From a virus (lineage: Duplodnaviria > Caudoviricetes), in IMG/VR virus record IMGVR_UViG_3300012662_000008, positions 1-64,000 of that record: a DNA stretch of 64,000 bases; one strand, 5' to 3'. Position 1 is the first letter of the stretch. Every line of letters begins with the position of its first letter. Position numbers and translations under genes: made by a program. The notes under the pieces were generated by a model that worked only from the letters and a program-made list of their open reading frames with translations, did not search any database and was not told the DNA's origin. This document shows, piece by piece, positions 9,867-19,129 of the stretch.

Positions 9867-12392
9867 CAGTTAAAAAGCGAAGTGGACAAGTAACAGATTT
9901 TAATTTTGGAAAGATTGAGAAGGCAATTAGGAATGCTTTTGCAGATCCAACAGTTCGAGTAAAAGACAGAGATAATTGCGACAAAGTAGTAGATCACGTA
10001 AGATGTTGATTTAATGCCTATGAGGGAGAACAACCCATAGATGTAGAAAGTATCCAAAATCTCGTTGAAGATGTAATAATGAATTTTGGAGAATGTGATG
10101 TTGCTAGATGTTATATTTTGTATAGAGAGAAGCATAGGGAAATTCGAGAAAATGTAGAAAGAAACTTACAGTTTATAGAAAATTTTATAAAATCGGATAA
10201 TACCGCAAACGCAACAATTGATGATAACTCCAATGTTAGCAACCACAATATTGCAGTTCTTAACGCAGAAATTCATAAAGAGAACAACCAGCAAACTAAT
10301 TATAGAATGCTTGAGAATGAATTGCGGAGACTCTATCCAGATTTTGACTACAAACAAATGCTAACTGATTTTAACACAGTGGCTTATCTGCATGACTCTA
10401 GTTCTCAAATTGGTATGCCATATTGTGTTGCTATTACAATGTATCCTTTTCTCTTAAAAGGTATTAAGTCTCTTGGCGGTCTTTCTGCAAAACCAGAGTC
10501 CTTAGAAAGTTTCTGTGGCATTTTTATTAATATGATTTTTGCCATTGCTGCCCAGTTTAAAGGAGCCGTGGCCACTCCTGGTTTTTTGCTCTGTATGGAT
10601 TGGTTCTGTAGAAAAGAGTGGGGAGATGATTATATAAATAACTTGGATAAAGTTATTTCACTTGGAAACAAAAATAGAACAATAAAAAAGCAAATCCTCC
10701 AATATTTTCAACAAATAACATATAGTATCAATCAGCCTGCATCGGCACGTGGGGGCCAATCTGTTTTCTGGAATATTTCAATATTCGATAAAACATTTTT
10801 TAACACAATGTATGGAGATTTCTTTTATCCAGATAACACACGACCTATATGGGAAACGTTTAATTGGCTCCAAAAGGAGTACTTGCATTGGTTAAATCAA
10901 GAGCGTTTAAAGTGCCTTTTAACGTTCCCGGTAGTTTCTGTTGCCCTTATATATAAAGATAGCCAATTCGACGATCCTGAATTATATGATTATACATGCC
11001 AGGAGTATGCCGAGGGAAATTCGTTTTTTACTTATATAAATGACTCCCCGGAAAGTCTGAGTTCATGTTGCCGTTTAAGCTCTAAAATCTCAAAGCCCCA
11101 GTTTAATTTTACAAATGGACAAATAGGTGAGCAGACTGGGTCTGTAAACGTGATAACTCTTGATTTTAATAGAATTATCCAAGATTGGTACAAAAATCTA
11201 CAATGTGATGTTACTGTAGGAGAAAAATCCGGAATGGCATCTCCGGCTTTTGTTAGAAGTTTGTTATATACAGATGAAGAATTACGGCAATCACTACAAG
11301 ATTATATAATAACTATTTTGGAGAGGATATATAAATACCAAATTTCTTACAAATCGTGTCTTACGAGGTTATATAATGCTGGATTGTTAACTGCCTACTC
11401 GGCCGGGTTCATCGATCTTAAAAAACAATATCTTACTACTGGAATTAATGGACTGAATCAAGCTGCTGAATTTCTTGGGATAAAATGTAACAAAAATTTG
11501 CAATATGAAAAATTCTGCAATTTAATTTTTAGTACAATTAAGGAACAAAACGAACTCCATAAATCTAAAGATATTATGATGAATACGGAGTTCACACCGT
11601 CAATGTTCGTGCGGTGTATAAATCTCTTTTAATTGACTCGAAACTCCTAATATAGGACAACGAGGCGCAAGCAGGATATTTCCGTGCAGCGTGAGAGACT
11701 AAATAAAGAGACTACAGAAATGTAGATGTAATAGTCCGAACTCTATGGCAACATAGAGAGTTAATTAGAAATAATTAACCGTTTAATACATAAAATTTTA
11801 TATACTTTTATTTGGATTTTTCCTGGAAAATATGGTCCAAACCGTGATTTATTTTATGTATTAGATCTGCCTTCACCAATTGAGGAATTAAGAAAATTAT
11901 TCTCAGAAGGCGTGTAACAGAATTGGCGAATCCGCCTCTATTAAGTTATATAATAGAGATAAAAAGGACGGATATTGGGTTCCTGAAGACACTAATTTAT
12001 ATGCAAGTTATATTTATAAACCGAACGATGAAGAAATTTCTATATTGGATAAAATTTATTTGCACGGTAAAAACTTTTGTGGAGATAATTTGGATGGAGG
12101 TTCTGCAGCCCATCTAAACATCGACTCGCATTTAACGAAGGAGCAATATAAAAAGCTCCTAAAATATGCCGGTGATGTTGGCTGTAAGTACTTGACTTTT
12201 AATGTTCCCAACTCCGAATGCCAGGATTGTGGTTTTATAACAAAAGTTCCAATTGTAAAATGTCCAAAGTGCGGTAGCAAGCATATAGATTACTACGATA
12301 GAGTGATCGGTTATTTAACTAAAATAAAAAATTGGAGCGCTGGAAGGCAGCAGGAACAAAAAACCAGAGTTTATTCACATATAACAGACTAA
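9860..12392 (+). CDS. nrdD: Anaerobic (class III) ribonucleotide reductase, spliced (exon 1 9860-11600, exon 2 11926-12392; ~735 aa)
   Basis: ATP cone MLTVKKRSG…KIEKAI (TGA at 10007), PYCVA, SSCCRL finger loop, CxxC…CxxC, glycyl-radical RVIGY. The junction reads NTEFTP-C-ESASIKLY. Confidence 0.92.
11601..11925 (+). mobile_element. Group I intron in nrdD (325 nt, no intact ORF)
   Basis: P1 ACACCGT/GCGGTGT with U.G at the splice site, P10 GTTCGT/GCGAAT, P3 TCTCTTT/AAAGAGA, P7 GACTA/TAGTC, terminal G11925. Splicing restores the frame. Confidence 0.9.
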
Positions 12393-12393
12393 T

Positions 12394-13437
12394 ATGCCAA
12401 GAAATAGTAATTTAACAAAAGCTAAGAAAGCAGCTAACGACGAGTTTTATACACAGATCTCAGACATCGAAAAAGAGTTAATTCATTATAAGGATTGATT
12501 TAAGGGGAAGATTGTTTATTGCAATTGCGATGATCCAGAGGAAAGTAATTTTTGAAAATTTTTTGAGTTGAATTTTGAAAATTATGGCCTTAAAAAGTTA
12601 ATTGCAACACATTTTGATGCAAAACAGCCATCATATAAGCTTGAACTACAAGCAGATATAGATGGTGATGGCAAAATAACTAAAAAGGATATCGTTAAAA
12701 CGCCACTGAAGCAGAATGGAGATTTTAGAAGCGAAGAAAGTATTGAACTTTTAAAGCAATGTGACGTTGTCGTAACGAATCCACCGTTTAGTTTATTTAG
12801 AGAGTATGTTGCACAATTAATGAAGTATAATAAAAAGTTTTTAGTTATTGGAAACCAAAACGCGATAACGTATAAGGAGATATTTCCGTTAATTAGAGAT
12901 AATAAAATATGGCTTGGAAATCGAAAAATGTCTCCTTGGGAATTTCGTATTCCCGATACTGCTACCGAGTGAAAACGACAAGATTCTTCTGGAAAATATG
13001 CAACATTAGGCTCTGTTTGTTGGTTTACAAATTTACCAGTGAAGCGCTTTAATGAAAAGATAATACTTACCAAAGAATACGATCCTAAGAAATATCCAAA
13101 ATACGATAATTACGATGCAATAGAAGTAGGAAAGGTGTTAGATGTTCCAAAAGATTATAGGGGTGTCATAGGTGTGCCTATTACATTTTTATATTCTTAC
13201 AATCCAGATCAATTTGAAATTGTCGCTCTTGGAAACTCTAGGGAAAATTTTACACCAAACAAGGATTATATCAATCCCAAAAAACACACATCGAATGGGA
13301 GAATTTCAAACGGAAATGCAATTAATTGTGTTTTAGCAATAAATACTGCTCATTTACCAACAACAACTTATTATACTTCAGATAATTCTGATTATTTAAT
13401 TGCGCCATATGCTAGAATATTAATTAAATTCGTTTAA
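12394..13437 (+). CDS. EcoRI-family adenine-specific DNA methyltransferase, TGA-recoded, with invertible 3' end
   Basis: NDEFYT, YCNCDDP, SNF(W)KFF, GDFRSEE, VVTNPPFSLFREY, CWFTNL, YPKYDNYDAIEV, GVPITFL, YNPDQFEIV, PYARILIK. In-frame TGA at 12496, 12553, 12970. Confidence 0.9.
13205..13225 (+). repeat. Left 21-bp inverted repeat of invertible segment
   Basis: CAGATCAATTTGAAATTGTCG is the exact reverse complement of 13543-13563 and contains the internal dyad CAATTT-G-AAATTG. Confidence 0.9.
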
Positions 13438-13561
13438 TTAAAAGTCTTGCATACGGATCCTTTTTACAAACAGATGACAATGATAATTGTTTTGGTTTGG
13501 GTTTTCCTTGTGCAACAATTGTGAAAAAATGTGGATTAATATCGACAATTTCAAATTGATC
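13424..13561 (-). other. Silent alternative C-terminal cassette of the methyltransferase (45 aa + stop, no start codon)
   Basis: Minus strand reads DQFEIVDINPHFFTIVAQGKPKPKQLSLSSVCKKDPYARLLIKRI-TAA. It shares the DQFEIV and PYAR(I/L)LIK ends with the expressed C-terminus. Confidence 0.88.
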
Positions 13562-13563
13562 TG
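13543..13563 (-). repeat. Right 21-bp inverted repeat of invertible segment
   Basis: CGACAATTTCAAATTGATCTG is the reverse complement of 13205-13225. Confidence 0.9.
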
Positions 13564-13594
13564 TTAGACACTTCTCGTCGATAAAAAGTTTAAA

Positions 13595-14683
13595 ATGAAA
13601 ATAGATAAAATAGAAATTACCTTAAAAGACCTTTCTGGAGGTTATATGAACTCCGATGAAGAAGGCGTTTGGGGTTATGATAAAAAATTAAATATACGAC
13701 CTGCATACCAACGTGAGTTCGTGTACAATGACAAGCAGCGTGATGCCGTTATTAGATCGGTACGCGCTGCTTTTCCGTTAAATACGTTTTATTGGAGTAA
13801 AAACGAAGATGGAACGTATGAACTACTTGATGGACAACAGAGAACGTTGTCTATCTGCAAGTACATTAATGGAGATTACTCCATTGATCACCAATACTTT
13901 TTTAACTTAACTCCAGAAGAACAAAATGCAATTTTAGATTATAAAATCGATGTTTATGTTTGTTCTGGCACGATTGTTGAAAAGCTCGACTGGTTCAAGG
14001 TTATTAACATTGCTGGTGAGAAATTAACTGACCAAGAATTGCGAAATGCTATATATACTGGTCCGTGGATTAATGATGCAAAACGTTATTTTAGCAAACA
14101 ATTAGGTCCGGCATATAACTTGGCAAAAGATTATATGAAAGGTAGTCCAATTAGGCAGGAATATCTCGAAACAGTACTTGATTGGATTTCTAATGATGAA
14201 ATTGAAAATTATATGGCCAAACACCAACATGACCAAAATGCCAATGAAATCTGGTTATATTTTAACTCGGTAATTACCTGGGTTAAAGCAATATTTCCAA
14301 ATTACAGGCGAGAAATGAAGGGCATTGATTGGGGCAGGTTATATAATATATATAAGGCCGAAAAATATAATACAGCCGATCTTGAATCTGATACAGCAAA
14401 GTTAATGATGGATGATGACGTTACCAAGAAGGCTGGAATATATGAATATCTGCTTTCTGGAAAAGATAACGAAAAAGTACTGAATATACGTGCGTTTACA
14501 GAAAGCCAAAAACGTACTGCTTTTGAAAAACAAAATGGTGTTTGCCCAATTTGTGGCAAGAAATTTGCCATTACTGATATGGAAGCAGATCATATAACTC
14601 CATGGAGTGCTGGTGGAAAAACAAATACAGGCAATCTCCAAATGATCTGTAAATCTTGTAACAGAACAAAATCGAATAAATAA
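13595..14683 (+). CDS. DUF262 (GmrSD/ParB-like) domain + C-terminal HNH endonuclease
   Basis: RPAYQREFVY, LLDGQQR, FKVINIAGEKL. C-terminal CPIC…EADHITPWSAGGKT…NLQMICKSCN. Confidence 0.88.
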   Translation: MKIDKIEITLKDLSGGYMNSDEEGVWGYDKKLNIRPAYQREFVYNDKQRDAVIRSVRAAFPLNTFYWSKNEDGTYELLDGQQRTLSICKYINGDYSIDHQYFFNLTPEEQNAILDYKIDVYVCSGTIVEKLDWFKVINIAGEKLTDQELRNAIYTGPWINDAKRYFSKQLGPAYNLAKDYMKGSPIRQEYLETVLDWISNDEIENYMAKHQHDQNANEIWLYFNSVITWVKAIFPNYRREMKGIDWGRLYNIYKAEKYNTADLESDTAKLMMDDDVTKKAGIYEYLLSGKDNEKVLNIRAFTESQKRTAFEKQNGVCPICGKKFAITDMEADHITPWSAGGKTNTGNLQMICKSCNRTKSNK

Positions 14684-14871
14684 TGATTAAACATTGTGTT
14701 GTGCTAGATCAATGGGGCCCAAAAGACCAAAATGGACGCCAGAGATCAATAAAACATTTTTTTAAAGAATTTTCTCGAAAAGAAGATGCACTTAAACAAA
14801 AGCGATATTGGGAAAGCCAATATACTGGAAAAGATATAGAAATTGAATATTTTTCAGTTGACGATATATAA
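14683..14871 (+). CDS. Small hypothetical protein
   Basis: 62 aa, TAATG-coupled at both ends. Confidence 0.6.
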   Translation: MIKHCVVLDQWGPKDQNGRQRSIKHFFKEFSRKEDALKQKRYWESQYTGKDIEIEYFSVDDI

Positions 14872-15062
14872 TGCTTTTAGCGTCCGAATTTTATAAAAGA
14901 CCCGTTTGTTATAAATATAAAATAATAAACGGAGAACCACAGCCAGTCTCTTTTGATAATTATTCAAACATGGAAATTGCATTACGAAAAAAACATAAAT
15001 GGGAACAATTATCAAAAGAAAATCACGCTAATGTTTTTTATACAAAACCAAATTTTGACTAA
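14871..15062 (+). CDS. Small hypothetical protein
   Basis: 63 aa, TAATG-coupled. Confidence 0.6.
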   Translation: MLLASEFYKRPVCYKYKIINGEPQPVSFDNYSNMEIALRKKHKWEQLSKENHANVFYTKPNFD

Positions 15063-15063
15063 T

Positions 15064-15210
15064 ATGATCATAACTACACCAGATGGTAAAATACTCCAAA
15101 TGACTGTAGATGAATATAAACAGTTATATGGGCCAAAACAAGAGTACGAGATAAATAAACCAAATCCAAGTGTTCTCCCAGAATGGCTTGGATTTTTAAA
15201 TTTTTGTTAA
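15064..15210 (+). CDS. Small hypothetical protein
   Basis: ATG15064 (MIITTPDGK…) fills the gap between neighbours. Confidence 0.5.
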   Translation: MIITTPDGKILQMTVDEYKQLYGPKQEYEINKPNPSVLPEWLGFLNFC

Positions 15211-15211
15211 A

Positions 15212-15556
15212 ATGAGTTATACAGTAACACGTTATACAATAGGATATGAGCCCCTTTCTGCGCAATACGCGACATTAGAGGATGCAAAAAATGCGATTTC
15301 CAATGTCTCAAAAAGTAAAAGAAAAAATAAATCGATCTACACAATAGATAAGGATGATACAACAATCGAAGTTGTTGCTGAAACTGACGGTTTTGTCCCA
15401 CCAAACAACGTTCTCCAACCAAACGATTCACACCCAGATAAGATCTGGATGAATATCGACGAAATTCCTGAAATTTTTGGTGATGATATAAATGAGCGTT
15501 TTAATCGTTGGATGAATTTTTATAATAACGGAATTATCTTTTATAGTGATAATTAA
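15212..15556 (+). CDS. Hypothetical protein
   Basis: 114-aa ORF in a tightly packed operon. Confidence 0.65.
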   Translation: MSYTVTRYTIGYEPLSAQYATLEDAKNAISNVSKSKRKNKSIYTIDKDDTTIEVVAETDGFVPPNNVLQPNDSHPDKIWMNIDEIPEIFGDDINERFNRWMNFYNNGIIFYSDN

Positions 15557-15592
15557 AATCTCTATGAGAACAAAAAAAGGAGAAGTTGCCTT

Positions 15593-15988
15593 ATGGGACT
15601 AGACAATGGAATTAGAATAAAAGGGATGCCTGAAGAAGATAAAAAGAAAATCCCTTATTACAATGATATGACTAACTATCTCGGTGCTGGAGAAATTGAG
15701 CCAGTTTATTGGAGAAAGTGTTGGGGGCTTCGTAGAGTAGTTCTTTCTGTACTACATATGGGACAGGAAGAATATCAAAAGGATATTGATCCAGATGATA
15801 TCCCAGCGCTTATTCGAGGTTTAAAACCTTTTCTTTCCCGAGATTATTGGGATGAAAATGCAGATTCAATCTGGGAATATGACGAGTATTTTGAACACTT
15901 TTATAAAAATATTATTTTCTTAGAATGGTTCAAGGAGTACTACAAGGAACACCCAGATTTAAAAGTATATTTTTACGATTCTTATTAA
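15593..15988 (+). CDS. Conserved phage hypothetical protein (MGLD…YWRK…YDSY type)
   Basis: MGLDN start, YWRK motif and terminal FYDSY, a pattern common in phage hypothetical proteins. Confidence 0.75.
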   Translation: MGLDNGIRIKGMPEEDKKKIPYYNDMTNYLGAGEIEPVYWRKCWGLRRVVLSVLHMGQEEYQKDIDPDDIPALIRGLKPFLSRDYWDENADSIWEYDEYFEHFYKNIIFLEWFKEYYKEHPDLKVYFYDSY

Positions 15989-16182
15989 TGAATATAGTCG
16001 TTTTAGATTATAATTTAGGTAAAATATTGTATATGAGAGGTCTTCCATTTGACACTAGTGATCAAGTGGAAGACTTTTTGTTTAATAAAAACGATTTCCA
16101 GCCAGATGAAATTGCATGGATGGAAGTCGATGATTTTTACAAACAATTTGAAGTAGGAGATTACGATGAACAAGTATATTAG
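15988..16182 (+). CDS. Small hypothetical protein
   Basis: TAATG-coupled; MNIVVLDY…EIAWM. Confidence 0.6.
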   Translation: MNIVVLDYNLGKILYMRGLPFDTSDQVEDFLFNKNDFQPDEIAWMEVDDFYKQFEVGDYDEQVY

Positions 16183-16573
16183 AGTTGGAAATATTGAGTC
16201 CAGAAAACCTACGTATCTGTTTGATCCACCGCCAGATAACAGAGATATAGACATAGTTGTTTGGAGTCCGAATCCTTATTATGGACGTGAGAACGAATAT
16301 GATTGGGACGACAATGGGTGTGCGCATATGAAAGGTTATCCTAGTGTTACTATCCACCCTAGTTGTTTTAAAAATCCAGAACAATGTATGTCTGTTGCCG
16401 GGTTTAAATATGATCTAAAAGAACCTTGTTATAAGCTCCAGCATGTTTGTTTTCGTCCGTTTGAACTTTCTGAACAAGATTATAAAGATTACTTGTACGT
16501 TACTAGGCAAGTATATAAGTCTCTTAAAGAAGAGATTAAAAAGAGTATTGACGATGGGAGCTGGATGGAATAA
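16166..16573 (+). CDS. Hypothetical protein
   Basis: 135-aa ORF. Confidence 0.65.
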   Translation: MNKYIRVGNIESRKPTYLFDPPPDNRDIDIVVWSPNPYYGRENEYDWDDNGCAHMKGYPSVTIHPSCFKNPEQCMSVAGFKYDLKEPCYKLQHVCFRPFELSEQDYKDYLYVTRQVYKSLKEEIKKSIDDGSWME

Positions 16574-16673
16574 AAAAGCTATCTGGGCATATTATCTGTT
16601 TGATGTACTTCCAGATGACGCAAAGGCTTTTAAAGATTATTATGTGTTGTGGCTTAATTGGTTGTTATGGTAA
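16554..16673 (+). CDS. Possible small protein
   Basis: 39-aa ORF bridging two genes. Confidence 0.35.
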   Translation: MGAGWNKKAIWAYYLFDVLPDDAKAFKDYYVLWLNWLLW

Positions 16674-17383
16674 AAAAATATCTACAAAATTGTGGCGATT
16701 GATTAATTATAGACAGTAAATCCACTACAAAGGTTAGAAATAGATATTTATATGATTGTCATTTTGATGGATACACCCGGAAGTATGTTCAACGATTAGA
16801 CGAAATAAAAAGCGGACTAATTAAGAACATTGATCAACCAGACGCATTTGGTTTTGTTTGTGATGCCAGAAATGTGGATACTTCAATATATTTTATATGA
16901 AAGAATATAGAGCGGAGATGCTATTATAAAGATATAGATGGTTATTCCAACTACGGTGCAAAAGGCGTATATGTTTCTGAGTATTTTAAATATTATTCAA
17001 ATTTTAAAAGGTGATTCACAGAACACAAATTGGAATATAGTTGTGATATAGATAAAGATTGTATCTGCGAAATTGAGGGCATCTACCCAAAGTGTTATTC
17101 AGAAAAAACATGTATTTTGATCCCTAAAACTATAAATACATTTCTAAGTACGCTCGGGCACGGTATTTATAAAACAAAGCATAATACGTATTGTGTTCGT
17201 TCTAGACGAGTTAATAAAAAGATTAACAAAAATTTTAAAATATTCACAGATGCTGTAAATTTTAAAATGGAACTCGATAGAGAATATCTTGAAATTCTGT
17301 TAAAAAAATTTATATTACCAGAAACAACAATTAATCATCTCAGAAAATATGTTGAAATATGTAGATACGTTGATCGGCCTTAG
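16667..17383 (+). CDS. Free-standing HNH-type homing endonuclease (238 aa), TGA-recoded
   Basis: With three TGA read as W: YFIWKNIERRCY…YSNYGAKGVYVS…NFKRWF…DIDKD…YSEKTCILIPKTIN. Confidence 0.75.
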
Positions 17384-17846
17384 AGAGTTTCCTAAGGAAA
17401 TAGCACTTTGTATTAATATATCAGGTTGTAAACAAGGGTGTAAAAATTGCCACTCGTCTTACTTGGCTGATGATATTGGCATAGAACTAACAAAAGAAGA
17501 GCTAGAACGTCTTATAAATGCGAATAGTGGTATTACTTGTGTTGGTTTCATGGGTGGTGACCAAGACCCAGCATATATAGACGAACTTGCTAGATTCGTT
17601 AAATTACGATTTTTTGGTGTTAAAACAGGTTGGTATTCTGGAAAACAGGAACTCTCGAAAGAAATCAACTTATATAACTGGGATTATATAAAACTCGGAC
17701 CTTATATAGAAGAAAAAGGGCCTCTTACTAGTCCAACTACCAATCAACGATTTTACGAGTATAGTATATTTTATAGTAACTACACGATTGGGCCCGGTTG
17801 GAGAGACGAAACATCACAATTTTGGAAACATGATAACAATTCTTAG
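17349..17846 (+). CDS. nrdG: Anaerobic RNR activating enzyme (radical SAM)
   Basis: CxxxCxxC (GCKQGCKNCHS), FMGGD, YIKLGPY, TNQRFY. Confidence 0.9.
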   Translation: MLKYVDTLIGLREFPKEIALCINISGCKQGCKNCHSSYLADDIGIELTKEELERLINANSGITCVGFMGGDQDPAYIDELARFVKLRFFGVKTGWYSGKQELSKEINLYNWDYIKLGPYIEEKGPLTSPTTNQRFYEYSIFYSNYTIGPGWRDETSQFWKHDNNS

Positions 17847-18030
17847 AAAGTCTGGTTGGTCTCTGAACCCAAACGATAAACTAGTAAATGCGATTTTTAC
17901 CCGCATAGAGAAAAATAACGGAGAGTGCCCGTGTTCGCACCAAGAAAATGATGGAGATCTGCATTGTCCTTGCGAAAGTTATAGACTTAGGGATAAATGC
18001 TGTTGTCAATTATATATTAAAAATGATTAA
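17830..18030 (+). CDS. Ferredoxin-thioredoxin reductase catalytic-chain-like protein
   Basis: LNPN…GECPC…HCPC…CCCQLY matches the CPC/CPC/CHC-type Fe-S and disulfide pattern. Confidence 0.75.
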   Translation: MITILRKSGWSLNPNDKLVNAIFTRIEKNNGECPCSHQENDGDLHCPCESYRLRDKCCCQLYIKND

Positions 18031-18466
18031 AGTTAATTTTAAAAAGCTTGTACCAGAGGCAGTTGTGCCAACGAAAGCACATGCTGATGATTTTGCATAT
18101 GATCTTGTTGCCACTAGTAAAGAAGAGATTGCTCCTGGAGTTTTCAGATATGGTACTGGACTTGCGTTACAAATAGATGATAAAGGTGATGGAGATGTAA
18201 TTGCTGGTTTCACCGTTCGTCCTAGGAGTAGCATATATAAAACCGGACTCCAACTCTGTAACTCGTTGGGTACCATCGACAAATCGTACGTTGGAGAAAT
18301 TATGTGCTGCTTTTATAAAGTAAATCCTAATGGGGAGCCATATAATGTAGGTGATCGCATTGCACAGATTCATCTTGATATAACAGGTGCAATTGAGTTT
18401 AGCGAAGTAACAGAACTCCGTGCAACAGATCGTGGAGAAGGTGGTTTTGGATCAACAGGTAAATAG
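18023..18466 (+). CDS. dut: Trimeric dUTPase
   Basis: AYDL, RPRSS, GTIDKSYVGEI, GDRIAQ, RGEGGFGSTG. Confidence 0.92.
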   Translation: MIKVNFKKLVPEAVVPTKAHADDFAYDLVATSKEEIAPGVFRYGTGLALQIDDKGDGDVIAGFTVRPRSSIYKTGLQLCNSLGTIDKSYVGEIMCCFYKVNPNGEPYNVGDRIAQIHLDITGAIEFSEVTELRATDRGEGGFGSTGK

Positions 18467-18474
18467 AATAAAAT

Positions 18475-18975
18475 ATGTACACAGAAAATGATATTTTGTC
18501 CGAGCTTTTTAATGTGCTTGGATTGTCTAAAGAGGATATTAAGGCTCTAAAAGACGAATGTAAAGATTATGTAAAAGATGCATATAAGAAGGCCGATGAA
18601 CAAAAGAAAGCCGAAAAGAAGATTGAAAAGAGAGACGATGCTGAGTCTTGTAACGGCTATGTGCATGTAGTAAAGCCAGAAGAGCCCGAACCAAAGGAAA
18701 ATGCTATAACTTATACATCTGAGGAATATCCTGAGCCACAAATGGTTGCAAAAGATGTTTATTCAGTAGGAAATCGCTATTTTGAATTATCCAAGCATGC
18801 TGGAAATGCAATCCTTGGTACCGATGCAGTGCCGATCGATTTTGAGGAAAAGATTGGTGATGTGTATTATCCTGGTATAACAAACAAACAACTTCTCTGG
18901 GTATTGTATGTGCGTTATATGCAGGAGCCTAAGAAGCTTGCTCTTGTAAAACAACTTTTGGCAACTGAATTTTAA
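18475..18975 (+). CDS. Hypothetical protein
   Basis: 166-aa ORF. Confidence 0.7.
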   Translation: MYTENDILSELFNVLGLSKEDIKALKDECKDYVKDAYKKADEQKKAEKKIEKRDDAESCNGYVHVVKPEEPEPKENAITYTSEEYPEPQMVAKDVYSVGNRYFELSKHAGNAILGTDAVPIDFEEKIGDVYYPGITNKQLLWVLYVRYMQEPKKLALVKQLLATEF

Positions 18976-18985
18976 TATATTTTAT

Positions 18986-19129
18986 ATGTCTAAGAAAGAA
19001 CTTTTTCGTAGTTTGACTCCAGCACAAAAACAAACCGTAGAAAACTTGATAGATGAGGCATATCTGAAAGGATATGATTCCGGAAAATCTGAAGAAAGAG
19101 CAGTTTGTAATTATGAGCGATTTTGGTAA
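18986..19129 (+). CDS. Small hypothetical protein (47 aa)
   Basis: MSKKELFRSLTPAQKQTVENLIDEAYLKGYDSG… fills the gap before the ligase. Confidence 0.5.
   Translation: MSKKELFRSLTPAQKQTVENLIDEAYLKGYDSGKSEERAVCNYERFW

Noticed and set aside
11765-11917. About 50 stop-free codons in the 3' part of the nrdD intron
   Set aside because: No start codon and no recognisable motif; the region is accounted for by RNA hairpins.
12394-13437. Assuming the methyltransferase recognises GAATTC like M.EcoRI
   Set aside because: Family membership does not fix specificity, the variable regions differ, and no EcoRI-like endonuclease is adjacent.
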